Of a stretch of 64,000 nt of DNA, positions 37,600-47,898 are shown one piece after another. Source of the stretch: Sporopachydermia quercuum. Lineage: Eukaryota. Location of the stretch: assembly GCA_001599295.1 (NCBI GenBank), contig BCGN01000001.1, positions 1,116,001 through 1,180,000 of the forward strand, read 5' to 3'. The notes beneath the pieces were generated by a model that saw only the letters and a list, made by a program, of their open reading frames with translations, ran no database searches and was not told the origin of the DNA. Numbering within the stretch: the first letter of the stretch is position 1; each line of letters starts with the position of its first letter. The translations under genes and the position numbers were made by a program.

Positions 37600-38870
37600 G
37601 AGAGGGAAAAAGGTTCACCTGACAAAACGGTAACATTAAGCTTTAATTCAAAATCTATAGTGCTAAACTCCAAAACTAATAATACCTTTGTAATCCTATG
37701 AAAATCATCAAAACTTACCCAATAATNAATACTAAAAGGAAAACTTTATATTAAAATAGATGGCAAATTTGTGAAAGAGAATAAAATGAAGTATTAAGAG
37801 AACCTAGCCTGAAATCCCTGAACATGTCTTGTGACATAGGGGACAGTTAAGTAGGACAAGACGTAGGACAGCAGCTAAGACTAAAACTCTTACTTACCCG
37901 CACTAAGTTTGTAAATTGAGAATGTTAGTATTGTTAAGTTAAGATTTGGCTGATCTGTTAATATGGATCAATCAATATCCACTTTTTTCTAATTGTTAGA
38001 GATCGTATCTCCAAACAATAGAAAATTGAAAAGAAACGAACAATACTGTTATTTTTGTAGTTTAGATGGGAGAAACATCCAGCAGTAATTGAATCTCATT
38101 TGACTTGGAAATGGAAACGAGGATTACTAAGTTAAAAAGAATNGTCCGTTGTAGGTGTCCCGTAAATACACTCCCTTCCGCCGTTTAAAATAAAGATGTC
38201 TCTAGCCAAAGTGAATCATTATTATTCAAATCAGGTTATATGAATTTTATCCAAATCTGGCTGAGTGCAATTGGACCACAACTGAATATAATGAACATGA
38301 TTAATTACGAAAAACAAAACTAATTGAGTTAATCTTAAGATTGGGCAATGGTTGTTGTAACTTTCAGTGAAGCCATTGATTCGAGGACAATTGTTGGTGT
38401 AATTATATCACCGGCAAGCTAACTTACTTGACTTTGATTATCATTGGTCAGTTGCTTAAAATCAGATGAAAGACATGTTGGTTTGGAATTAAATAGTGAT
38501 GAGAGAGGAGTCTTTAACTACATTTAGCTGTTTAGTTCAAATTGAGAAAACTGCCATGTCAATTGAGATTTCCATAATACAGGATTTGAACATTACCAAG
38601 ACTAAAGTTTGGGACTGAATGATTAGCAACAGTTAGCAAACTAGCTGAATGTCCCTTTCAGTGAACGATCGAAAAATCTGATTTACAGATTAATAGAAAG
38701 AAACTTAGATAGAATGAATAAAGATACTTGAAGTTTCAAGTAGTTGCAATGAAATGGAAAATGCGCAATTTTTGGATTGACTAATCCATCATGGTAAGGA
38801 GGATTAGCTCAAGTAGTCTTGATTTGGCCATATTCGCTCGATAAACCAATCAAAATCAAATAAGAATGTG
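37600..38870 (+). ncRNA. Candidate about 1.2-kb structured ncRNA (block B), possible telomerase RNA
   Basis: Helix 37926-37935/38039-38048 encloses hairpin 37985-38025. 38140-38147/38385-38392 encloses 38148-38160/38273-38282. 38472-38477/38555-38560 encloses the 12-bp 38486-38497/38527-38538. Sm-type AATTTTTGG at 38767-38775. Confidence 0.45.
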
Positions 38871-41285
38871 AGATACAATTAATAGGGTCTGAAGAGAGAA
38901 TGGATTTACATAATGAACAATTTTCTCATAGTTCCATATATCATATGTCACACAGAATTGGATGTAAAATAGCCCCATTTACTATTATATTACCTATCGA
39001 AAGTATCCGATTTCTTCATTTGTACACTCAATCAAGCAACTAGTCCATGTAATTATTCATTTGAAAACCTTTGGGTTTCAAAACTCTGTTACCTTACCCC
39101 ATACAATTTACAAATTCTACCAACAAATAGCCAAATTCATGCATACACTTACTGGGCTCATTGCATGACATTGCTCTGGACCGACCTACAAGTTATCCAC
39201 TATCTGATGATGATGATAGTAGCCAGTAGTCCATTAACATCCTTTACCTGAACACTCAACTCACTTTTAATATTTATCTCTCTTAGTCGAATATTCGTTT
39301 GCCATTTATCCTTCATTTTAACATCCCTATCTGCAGTCTTTCTAACAATTTTCATTGATTTATATGATTGCCCTCACTATTAACAACTAAGGCCCCAAAG
39401 GGCGAATCGGTTAGTAATTTCATGTATATGCATAGACTTAAAATATGTCAAATGTAGATCTCCNAGAATGTCCCGTTTTATCTCCACCAAACATTTGGGA
39501 CAGTCTTCACGAACGAGAGTATAAAATTAAAAATAGGACCAGAGTGTCAAATAGATACTTTTGACAAAGGGGCTTAAGATGTGCGAAAGAAATCAAAAAC
39601 GAAGAAATGAAGATTTAAATTGGCTACGATGTTGGTGGATTTATTTGACTGATGTACGGAGGGTTAATGAGTGCATTATATTTCCTTGGGAGATGAAGAA
39701 TAGGTAGTGTCCAAAGTTTCTTTTTTGCCCTCCAAATATACTTTCTTATTCTCACATGAGCCAAGTATTCATGGACATAAAACATGAGAAACCTCAATTT
39801 ACAATTTACCTTGCTACTTGCTACGTAAGACGTCTCTGGAGTATCGAATCTCCGTAAAAAATCTCTATTCATGCCTTTAATTGAATGATCAATAGATATT
39901 TTACTTGTTATACATAAAAAGTCCCAATTAATAAGATGCGAAGATATGCCTATATTGAAAATGTAACAGCTCATGTAAGTGGTGAAAAAGGTAACTTCCG
40001 TTTTCGATACAGTGCACAATCCATACTTATCTAATACTTTTTTACTTCCTTATTTCAACTACATGACCAATCAGTAAGACTTGCCATAAAGTACATTGTG
40101 CCTTTGATGTTCCATCAACTTTTACCTGAAAGGTGTTTCTCCGAATAAACGTTCCATTGAAAAATACTCCTTTGTTCTGTGACATAGTAACCCTTTCGGT
40201 CCTATTGTTCGTTTGANACTTCGTTAAATGCCTCACGTTTAAGGGGCCGATTTTATAGGTCTGTAGAAGCATTATTCAAAATTAAAGTCCTATCCCTTTT
40301 TATTCTTGGTTTCTCATGAAAATGAAGTCTCAATTAATAGCAGCTTAATCATGACGGACTTTCGATGCAAGTCCTAAAGGGACAATGGATTGGACAGTAA
40401 TAACGCTACAGCGGACTAACTGGCCATTGTTAATGGGTAACCGTGATTAAGAACTTCTGGCCGCTTTTAAAGTTAAGGTAATTTTTTTGCAGATTCAAAG
40501 CTTAGTTTTAGAAACAACCATAAATAAACCTGCGAATTGTACAATAATAGGTTTAAAAAGAGCCTCCATAAACTTTAAATTGGTCAATCCCAAACCATAT
40601 TATTTGGCTTCCTAAAGTGGTAGTGAAAATATAAACGCTATATTCAAATTGGGACATATTCTGTATTATTAATCCTCATACAACCAAATATGTATAATAG
40701 GCAGCCAGTTGTTCTTTAATTAAGTTACCAATTGGTGGTTCGGGACAATATAAGCTTTGAGACGTTATCAAAATAACCTTAAGATTGCTGCAACAAAGTT
40801 TAACTTTGAACCGCAAAATTTTAACCGTTTCTTTACTCTTTTTTGATATAATATTCGCTAAATGGAAAACAGTTTCTAAGAAAAATTCGTTCCGAGGGAG
40901 GTAAATTGTTTGAAGCAACTGGTGCATCGATTATGAATCTCTCGATTAAGTTATTTATGTTAACAATCTCTCACTTATTACTTTCTTTCACCGTTGTGGC
41001 AACATTTCTCTCTTCTTCTACTTCGACTTAATCAAAGTGCACCGCTATTCAGTAATCAAAGAAGTTTCACATCTGGTCCCAACCTACGAAACGTAATACA
41101 TTCTCCTAGGCAAAAAATTACTGGTTCACGTTCTTGGATGTAAAATTGAAAACAGTTCATTTTCCACATTATTCAGCACCTTATTGAAATATTCGAAAGA
41201 GGCTCAACACAATTTACCTACCAATTTCATTTCAATCTCATTTTCAATCTCCATACCAGTTGAAAGGTCCAGACAGAATGCAACA

Positions 41286-42233
41286 ATGTCTGTGAGAAGG
41301 CAATTAACAAACGGCGTTAAGAAGACCGTGAGGTCTCTGAAACGAAATAGATCAGAACAAGATTCAACAAAAGAAGAGAATGAATTATCAAGCGATTGCA
41401 ATTCTATCAGCTCTAATCATTCTAACGATTTACTACATCAACATGTCGTCTCAACAAACTCCTTGTTAACAGCAACCAGCATTGTATCGCCCATATTGAC
41501 TTCTCAATCAAGTTTTTTAGCATCTACTTCTACATCTACATCAGCACCCACTTCCCCAGTTCAGCAGTCATCTTTTTCACATTCTCCTAATTCATCTATA
41601 TCAATTGCCTCAACGAAATCTAGAAATAGATCATACACTGGTGTTTCTGTTCAATCAAATGGATCGAATTTCACTCAGCAGCAAGCAACAACGGCAGCGG
41701 TAACAAAAACAGCATCATCCACAGAAACATCTCTTGGTTGTAATATAAATGACACTATACTGAATCAACCAAGCCAAGCATCTAGTCAAGGTTACTCCTT
41801 TGAATCAGCACCTCTAATGAGGAATTCAAGTAGTAGTAATAGTAATAGTAATAATAGTCTCACTACAACTATATTCAATTCTGATTCCAACCAAAATCCA
41901 ATAAGACCACAAATAATTGATTTACACTCCCACAGCAATTCTACTACCAGTACATATCAATTATCAAGCCCAACAACTCCAATTTCACAAACAAACCCTT
42001 CCGGGATACCTTCATGCACCACACCATTGATGAATACCAAAGCAGGGCTAATGATGGACTTCGATCCCGATGCAACATTGACAGAATATAAAGTGTGCAA
42101 AGAAGAATCGCTATTCAATAACAGAAATGAAGCTTACAATACAGATGAAGTTGCTGATAACATGGCAATGGAAATTCTTCAAGTTGTTACTGATGTTAAA
42201 GCTAGTAACGAAGGAAACGAGTGGTGTATTTAA
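41286..42233 (+). CDS. Ser/Thr-rich low-complexity orphan protein
   Basis: First ATG at 41286 (MSVRRQLTNGVKK), 315 aa. Basic N-terminus, S/T/N-rich body, more complex acidic C-terminus ending EWCI. Confidence 0.7.
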   Translation: MSVRRQLTNGVKKTVRSLKRNRSEQDSTKEENELSSDCNSISSNHSNDLLHQHVVSTNSLLTATSIVSPILTSQSSFLASTSTSTSAPTSPVQQSSFSHSPNSSISIASTKSRNRSYTGVSVQSNGSNFTQQQATTAAVTKTASSTETSLGCNINDTILNQPSQASSQGYSFESAPLMRNSSSSNSNSNNSLTTTIFNSDSNQNPIRPQIIDLHSHSNSTTSTYQLSSPTTPISQTNPSGIPSCTTPLMNTKAGLMMDFDPDATLTEYKVCKEESLFNNRNEAYNTDEVADNMAMEILQVVTDVKASNEGNEWCI

Positions 42234-43433
42234 TATTAAAAAGTGATAAGACAAACTAGAGGAAAAACTTTAGCTCAATGATTGAGCTAACAATATGAAC
42301 AATTACAATAACAATAACGAGCATAATAAGAAGAATAACAGCAGGAAGATTTGGAATAAAACATATAAGTGATAATAGTAATACCGACTATATTATGGTT
42401 CACTTAAGAAGAACATCATTAACTAGTTCCATTATTATTGGTCNGCCGATTCATTTAGCTGGTTTTAGCTTCCGACAGTGTTCTTTATTATTATTTTTTT
42501 TTATCATTCATTTTACAATTTTACATAGAAAGGTTTGATGGGGCTAGGTTAGAGGTTTAGTAGATATAATAACAATTTACTTTTATCAAAAGTACTGTAG
42601 GCAGTAAGTATCATGTAGAATGTGCACCAAAGAAACGGGAAGATAAGGAAAGGGATTATGACTTGTAAACAGTAAGTAAGCGCTAAGTGATTTTAAGACC
42701 AATGAACAAGAAAAAAGTGTATTAAACGAATCTGATAGAACACTTCAATTAAAACAAGATAGTAACTNTCCTGCTTATTAGGATGAACCATGTTTAGTAA
42801 TTCCACTGCATGTTGTAGTTTCATTCTTTTAGCAACAGTGGNGTTTCATTCAATGGTTGAAGGGGTCTCAGTTCAACGAACGAATAAATAACCAACACTA
42901 TTCACTAATTGATTTAATCATTTGATGGAATACAAGAAACTAATACTGCCTATTTCCTTTTACAGTGAGGTTTTACTATCATCCTCCTTCTATAAACAGT
43001 CTCCAATAGCCATACTTATTATTGCAGGTTCTGTTGACAACATAATTGGCATAAGTGAATGAATAGACAATGAAGAGGGAGAGATTCATGAATTATTATA
43101 TATAGTGTACTGTGATATCAGTAAATAAATATTATATTATCATGCCTAATATTATGAGAACACAATTCAGTCATAATTGATACAATCAACCTCTTACTTA
43201 CTACTCATTAAAAGACATTTCTTCTCTGAAATTAGTTGTCTTCTCTATGATGAACAACAGCTACGTGCTTTACTCGCTCTTTACAAATATCAACCTTACT
43301 TGTTATGTACACTTTTGATATTCATTGAGCCTATACTTACCAACAAATGAACAACTAAGAACTAAAAGTAAATGCTAAAATTTTATTTCTGTATTGTATT
43401 AATCACCTCAAGAATGAAAACGCCCTATAGAAT

Positions 43434-43774
43434 TCAAGCCTTTATGGTGCGAATACCAGCGTTTGTTCTGAATATGGCATCTCCTTCAGCATATCCTCTT
43501 CCTAAACCAAATCCAATACCTAACCAAACGGGGAAAGCACGTCTTTTAAATAACAGAACTGACGCAAATACACCGAATCCAAAGCCTAATCCTGTCTTGA
43601 CAATTGTGTTGGAAATAACAACATCCCACTAAATTGAGTTAGTATTTGCATTTGATATGAAAACAAATATCTATTCGAAAATCTTGTATATCTAGTTGAT
43701 GTATCAGCACTTACCTTATCGTCCAATAAGGATTCTGAAGCAGCAGACTTTTGAATAGTAGCAGGAGCAGACAT
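43434..43774 (-). CDS. MIC10: MICOS subunit Mic10; exons 43774-43715 and 43628-43434
   Basis: Intron GTAAGT...TACTAAC...TAG at 43714-43629. 84 aa: ...[58 protein letters not shown]. Confidence 0.96.
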
Positions 43775-44126
43775 CTGTTTTGTTGTTAGTATACTTGACA
43801 ATACCAAGTAGTAGAGGTTCTGAATAACTAGTTCCAGAATATATTCATTCGCTAGGTTACTGTGGTATTAGGAATAATAAGAACAGCATGATAGATCAAA
43901 CACTAATGAGTAAACCCGAACCTATATTCATCATTTGTTTTCCTATACTGATCACCGAGAAAAAAGTAACAATAACATCCACATATCAGCTATATCCATC
44001 TCCCCGAATCNTTTTCATCTATCATTCCCTACCATTTTCCTACCATAACTTATTATTATCATTGTATCTCTTTCATATATTCCGTCACAATCCATAATCA
44101 TCATTACCATATCCAAAACAACATAC
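43775..44126 (-). other. 5'-UTR intron of MIC10 ending exactly at the start codon
   Basis: GTATGT at 44126 and TACTAAC-AACAAAA-CAG immediately before the ATG at 43774; 352 nt. Confidence 0.75.
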
Positions 44127-45024
44127 TTTATACTTTAATATATAGACTTGTTTCTAGTATTCGTTGATAAAACAATCAATCAACTACTTTGATGCAAGAT
44201 ACAATAATTACTTTCAAATTCAAAACCTATGAAAAGTTCCGATCGGCTGTTCTGCTCTTACGTTGTATCATTCGTTCGCTTTCTCATAATCCTTTTGTTC
44301 TCCATTGGCTTTCCACCCATTCCGTTATCCTCAATTATTGATGTTTCGGCATAAATGAGGTATACATTATGACATTTATACCACAAAGAAAAGGGACTCT
44401 CACAGGATATGAATGAGTGTCTTGGNAGTTACTGGGCAGGTGTTTATGGACGGAGATTATTCGTGATAAAGACTGCCTAAAAGAGACGCGACAATTGGTT
44501 TCTCTAAAAAGATGAAAAAAGATAAGATAAACTAGGAATGGAGGAGGTATATTGGAAATTGGGCTATGGTAGTGGCTAGAAGGTGAACTTGGACTTTTAT
44601 ATCTCGTTTTTTATTTTAATTAACTTTATTTTTGATGCAAATACTAGAANGAAGAGTTCGAAGTATGATTCTGGTTTTCCACCTGCAAATTCATTATCAT
44701 TGGTTTACCACTTCATAGGNTATCAGTAGGAGAGTTTCTCTACACCTTGTTCAAGTAAGATCTGTTGTTGAGGNCGAGTACTACAAAACGTTATTTCTAT
44801 CATCAACCTGATATTTGAAACCGCATATCCTATTAAAGACCAGTATTGGGAACTATACGTATCGTCATCATCACTCATATACATACTACTATTCTTCAGA
44901 AACGAACGTTTCCCTCATAAAACACTCTAATAATGATAACATAATCAGCGAATATTTGCTCTATTTACTCATCACATAATCATAAATATCTTGATACCAC
45001 ACAGATCAATCAATAACAGAAGAA

Positions 45025-47451
45025 ATGAGGGTTAGGGAAATAAATAACCCACGTAATACAACAGCTAGTGAATTACCAATGCATCAACAACAACATATTC
45101 GATCGCATTCACAACAGCAAGAACCTTCGTCATCATCGCCTGTTGTTGAATTAATTCTATCAGGAATTGTTCTTATTGCTTCAGTATTGATGTTCTGTAG
45201 ACACTCGTTAGTGAATCTCGTTAAAGCTCGACCAGTTCTAACTAGTACTATAGCTGCAACAACAACACTTGTCGCATCTACGACACTTGTTACAAGATAC
45301 TGTAACGGGAGCTCAATATTTATAACACCAAAATTTTTTGATACTTCTAGGAATTTTTCATCCAGCACAGNCTCAGCTTCAATTTCTGATTCTATTTTGA
45401 ATATGACTTTCCCAGAACCACCGGTTGCCGCTCCGGATTGGGTCATCACTCCAGAGGAAATTTTGTCTAAGACNAACTATTTGATTGCTCGTGCAAAGTC
45501 AATTGATGATACAATTGGAGCTTTAGGAGATGATGCTCTGTTTGAATCAGCTATTGNACCATATGTTTTCAATGAGAACGAAGAAAATGGTTCGGTGAAC
45601 CAAATCTGTTTCCATCAACACGTGAACACAGATCAGTCAGTCAGAGACGCTTCATCCAAAGCTGATGAACTTTTATCAGAATACAGTATTGAGGCAGGTC
45701 TTCGTGAAGATGTTTTTAAGTCAATAAGTAAGGTTTATGAACTGTTACCTGAATTGAAGAAGACTTTAGACCCAGAATCTGTGCGTTTGATAGAAAAGCT
45801 ATATAATCAATACAAGAGAAATGGTTTGGCTTTGAATGAGACAGATCGTGAGAAGGTTAAGCAATNGAAGAAAGAACTATCCAATTATTGTATCCAATTT
45901 TCTAAAAATTTGGGCGAAGAATCAGAATTTTTATTGTTCACTTTAGAGGAACTTGATGGCGTCCCGCAGGACGTTATTGATCAGTTTGAAAAAGTAGAAA
46001 AAGATGGCGAACCAGTTAGGTACAAAGTGACATACAAATATCCAGATTTGTTCCCTGCTTTAAAGCATGCTAAAAACGGTCAAACAAGAAAGCAATTGTT
46101 TGTTGGCGATCAAAATAAAGTGCCCCAGAATAAAGAATTAATTATTAAAGCAGTTAAACTTCGCTACCAAATCGCTAAGCTTTTGGGCTATAGTACCCAC
46201 TCTGAATTTGTACTGGAAAACAGAATGGCTAAGAATCCGAAGAATGTCTTGGAGTTCTTGAATAACTTGAAGTCCAAGTTGAAAGAAGGTGGTGCTAAGG
46301 AACGTGATGAGCTTCTTGAATTGAAGAATAAGGATTTAAGTTCAAGAGGTTTACCTACTGAATCTACTTATTATGTATGGGATCATAGATTCTATAACAA
46401 CCTTTTGATTGAAACCANCTATCAAGTTGATTTCCAGAAGATAAGCGAATATTTCCCAATGGAATCTACTGTTAAGAAAATGTTGGAGATTTTTGAGAAG
46501 CTGTTCAACTTGAAATTTATTGAAGTCACCACCAAGGAAAAAGGTTTATCCACTTGGCATGCTGATGTTAAGCAATTTGCTGTTTGGAATACTGACGATA
46601 AGGAAACTCCTCAGTTTGTTGGTTGGCTTTACTTTGATTTACATCCAAGACAAGGTAAATATGGCCACGCTGCTAATTTCAATTTGTCACCTGGATATAC
46701 TGATGCTAATGGTAAAAGGGTCTATCCTGTAACAGCTTTGGTTTGCAATTTCTCCAAACCTACTCCAACCAAGCCATCGTTACTGAAACATGATGAAGTT
46801 ACAACATTCTTCCATGAACTTGGGCATGGAATTCACGATTTGATGGGTAAGACTAAATATGCTAGATTCCATGGTACATCCGTCGCCCGTGATTTTGTTG
46901 AAGCACCTTCCCAAATGTTGGAATACTGGACTTGGTCTAAGAATGAATTGAAAATGCTATCATCTCATTATGAAACTGGTGAGGCTATTTCTGATGGGTT
47001 ATGTGAAAAATTGATTGCTACGAAACATGTAAATGGTGCTTTATTCAATCTTCGCCAACTTCACTTTGCTCTCTTTGATATGACCATTCATACAGTCGAA
47101 ACCGAAGCTGATATTGAAAGCTTAGANATTTCTGAGTTATGGAACAAAATGAGACAAGAAATCGCANTAGTTGATAACGGCAATGAAGTTACATCTGGTT
47201 ATGCATCATTTGGCCATTTGATGGGTGGTTATGATTCCGGCTATTATGGTTATTTATACTCTCAAGTGTTTGCCGCTGATATGTATGCCTCCAAGTTTGC
47301 TGCAAATCCTTTGAGTGTGACCGTTGGCCTTGAATATCGTGATAAGGTTCTTTCAAAGGGTGGATCGCGTGAAGAAATGACAAGCCTAGTTGATTTCTTA
47401 GGACGTGAAGTCCGCAATGAAGCTTTCTTGAAAGAGCTTGGTGTCAACTGA
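45025..47451 (+). CDS. PRD1: M3 family zinc oligopeptidase (saccharolysin/thimet oligopeptidase)
   Basis: FFHELGHGIH (HExxH), DFVEAPSQMLEYW, DLHPRQGKYGHAA, ASFGHLMGGYDSGYYGYLYS. True start uncertain (45025, 45190 or 45403). Confidence 0.93.
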   Translation: MRVREINNPRNTTASELPMHQQQHIRSHSQQQEPSSSSPVVELILSGIVLIASVLMFCRHSLVNLVKARPVLTSTIAATTTLVASTTLVTRYCNGSSIFITPKFFDTSRNFSSSTXSASISDSILNMTFPEPPVAAPDWVITPEEILSKXNYLIARAKSIDDTIGALGDDALFESAIXPYVFNENEENGSVNQICFHQHVNTDQSVRDASSKADELLSEYSIEAGLREDVFKSISKVYELLPELKKTLDPESVRLIEKLYNQYKRNGLALNETDREKVKQXKKELSNYCIQFSKNLGEESEFLLFTLEELDGVPQDVIDQFEKVEKDGEPVRYKVTYKYPDLFPALKHAKNGQTRKQLFVGDQNKVPQNKELIIKAVKLRYQIAKLLGYSTHSEFVLENRMAKNPKNVLEFLNNLKSKLKEGGAKERDELLELKNKDLSSRGLPTESTYYVWDHRFYNNLLIETXYQVDFQKISEYFPMESTVKKMLEIFEKLFNLKFIEVTTKEKGLSTWHADVKQFAVWNTDDKETPQFVGWLYFDLHPRQGKYGHAANFNLSPGYTDANGKRVYPVTALVCNFSKPTPTKPSLLKHDEVTTFFHELGHGIHDLMGKTKYARFHGTSVARDFVEAPSQMLEYWTWSKNELKMLSSHYETGEAISDGLCEKLIATKHVNGALFNLRQLHFALFDMTIHTVETEADIESLXISELWNKMRQEIAXVDNGNEVTSGYASFGHLMGGYDSGYYGYLYSQVFAADMYASKFAANPLSVTVGLEYRDKVLSKGGSREEMTSLVDFLGREVRNEAFLKELGVN

Positions 47452-47898
47452 ATCAAAGTTACGTATGAATATAATTGATTAGCGAAAGACCGGTTCATTG
47501 AATATGATCTTTCAGCTCCCTATATAATGTAGAATAGGATGAAATACTTCTTATGGAGGATCATAGTATTGTCAATTACTGCTTATGTGATACATTATTT
47601 ACAATTAATAAGAAAATCTCCAGTTTATTTCACATAGTCTCCGTATTTCCGAAAAGGGTAAGTCACCATTTTCCATTGCCAGAACAGCGAAGAACCAGGA
47701 AAACTAGGAACTCCCTTGCAGATGATTATTCACTTACAACCAAACATCGGACATTTAAATCAATTGCTACNTAGGATTATTAAGTATATTCGTACACAAT
47801 AGATACAAGTTTGATTCTGATCGAACCATTGATGTAAGAATTGTCCTTTTGAGTAGTTGATTGGATAAGGTACACTGGTAACAACTAGTTGATACAAT

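Noticed and set aside
37891..37899. U1-like ACTTACC (also at 37713 and 55704)
   Set aside because: No U1-70K or U1A loops follow.
38262..38271. TGAGTGCAAT resembling RNase P RNA CR-IV
   Set aside because: No CR-I/CR-V P4 pair found in the block.
43925..44105. C/D snoRNA in the MIC10 UTR intron (two ATGATGA, one CTGA)
   Set aside because: No terminal stem and no recognisable rRNA guide.
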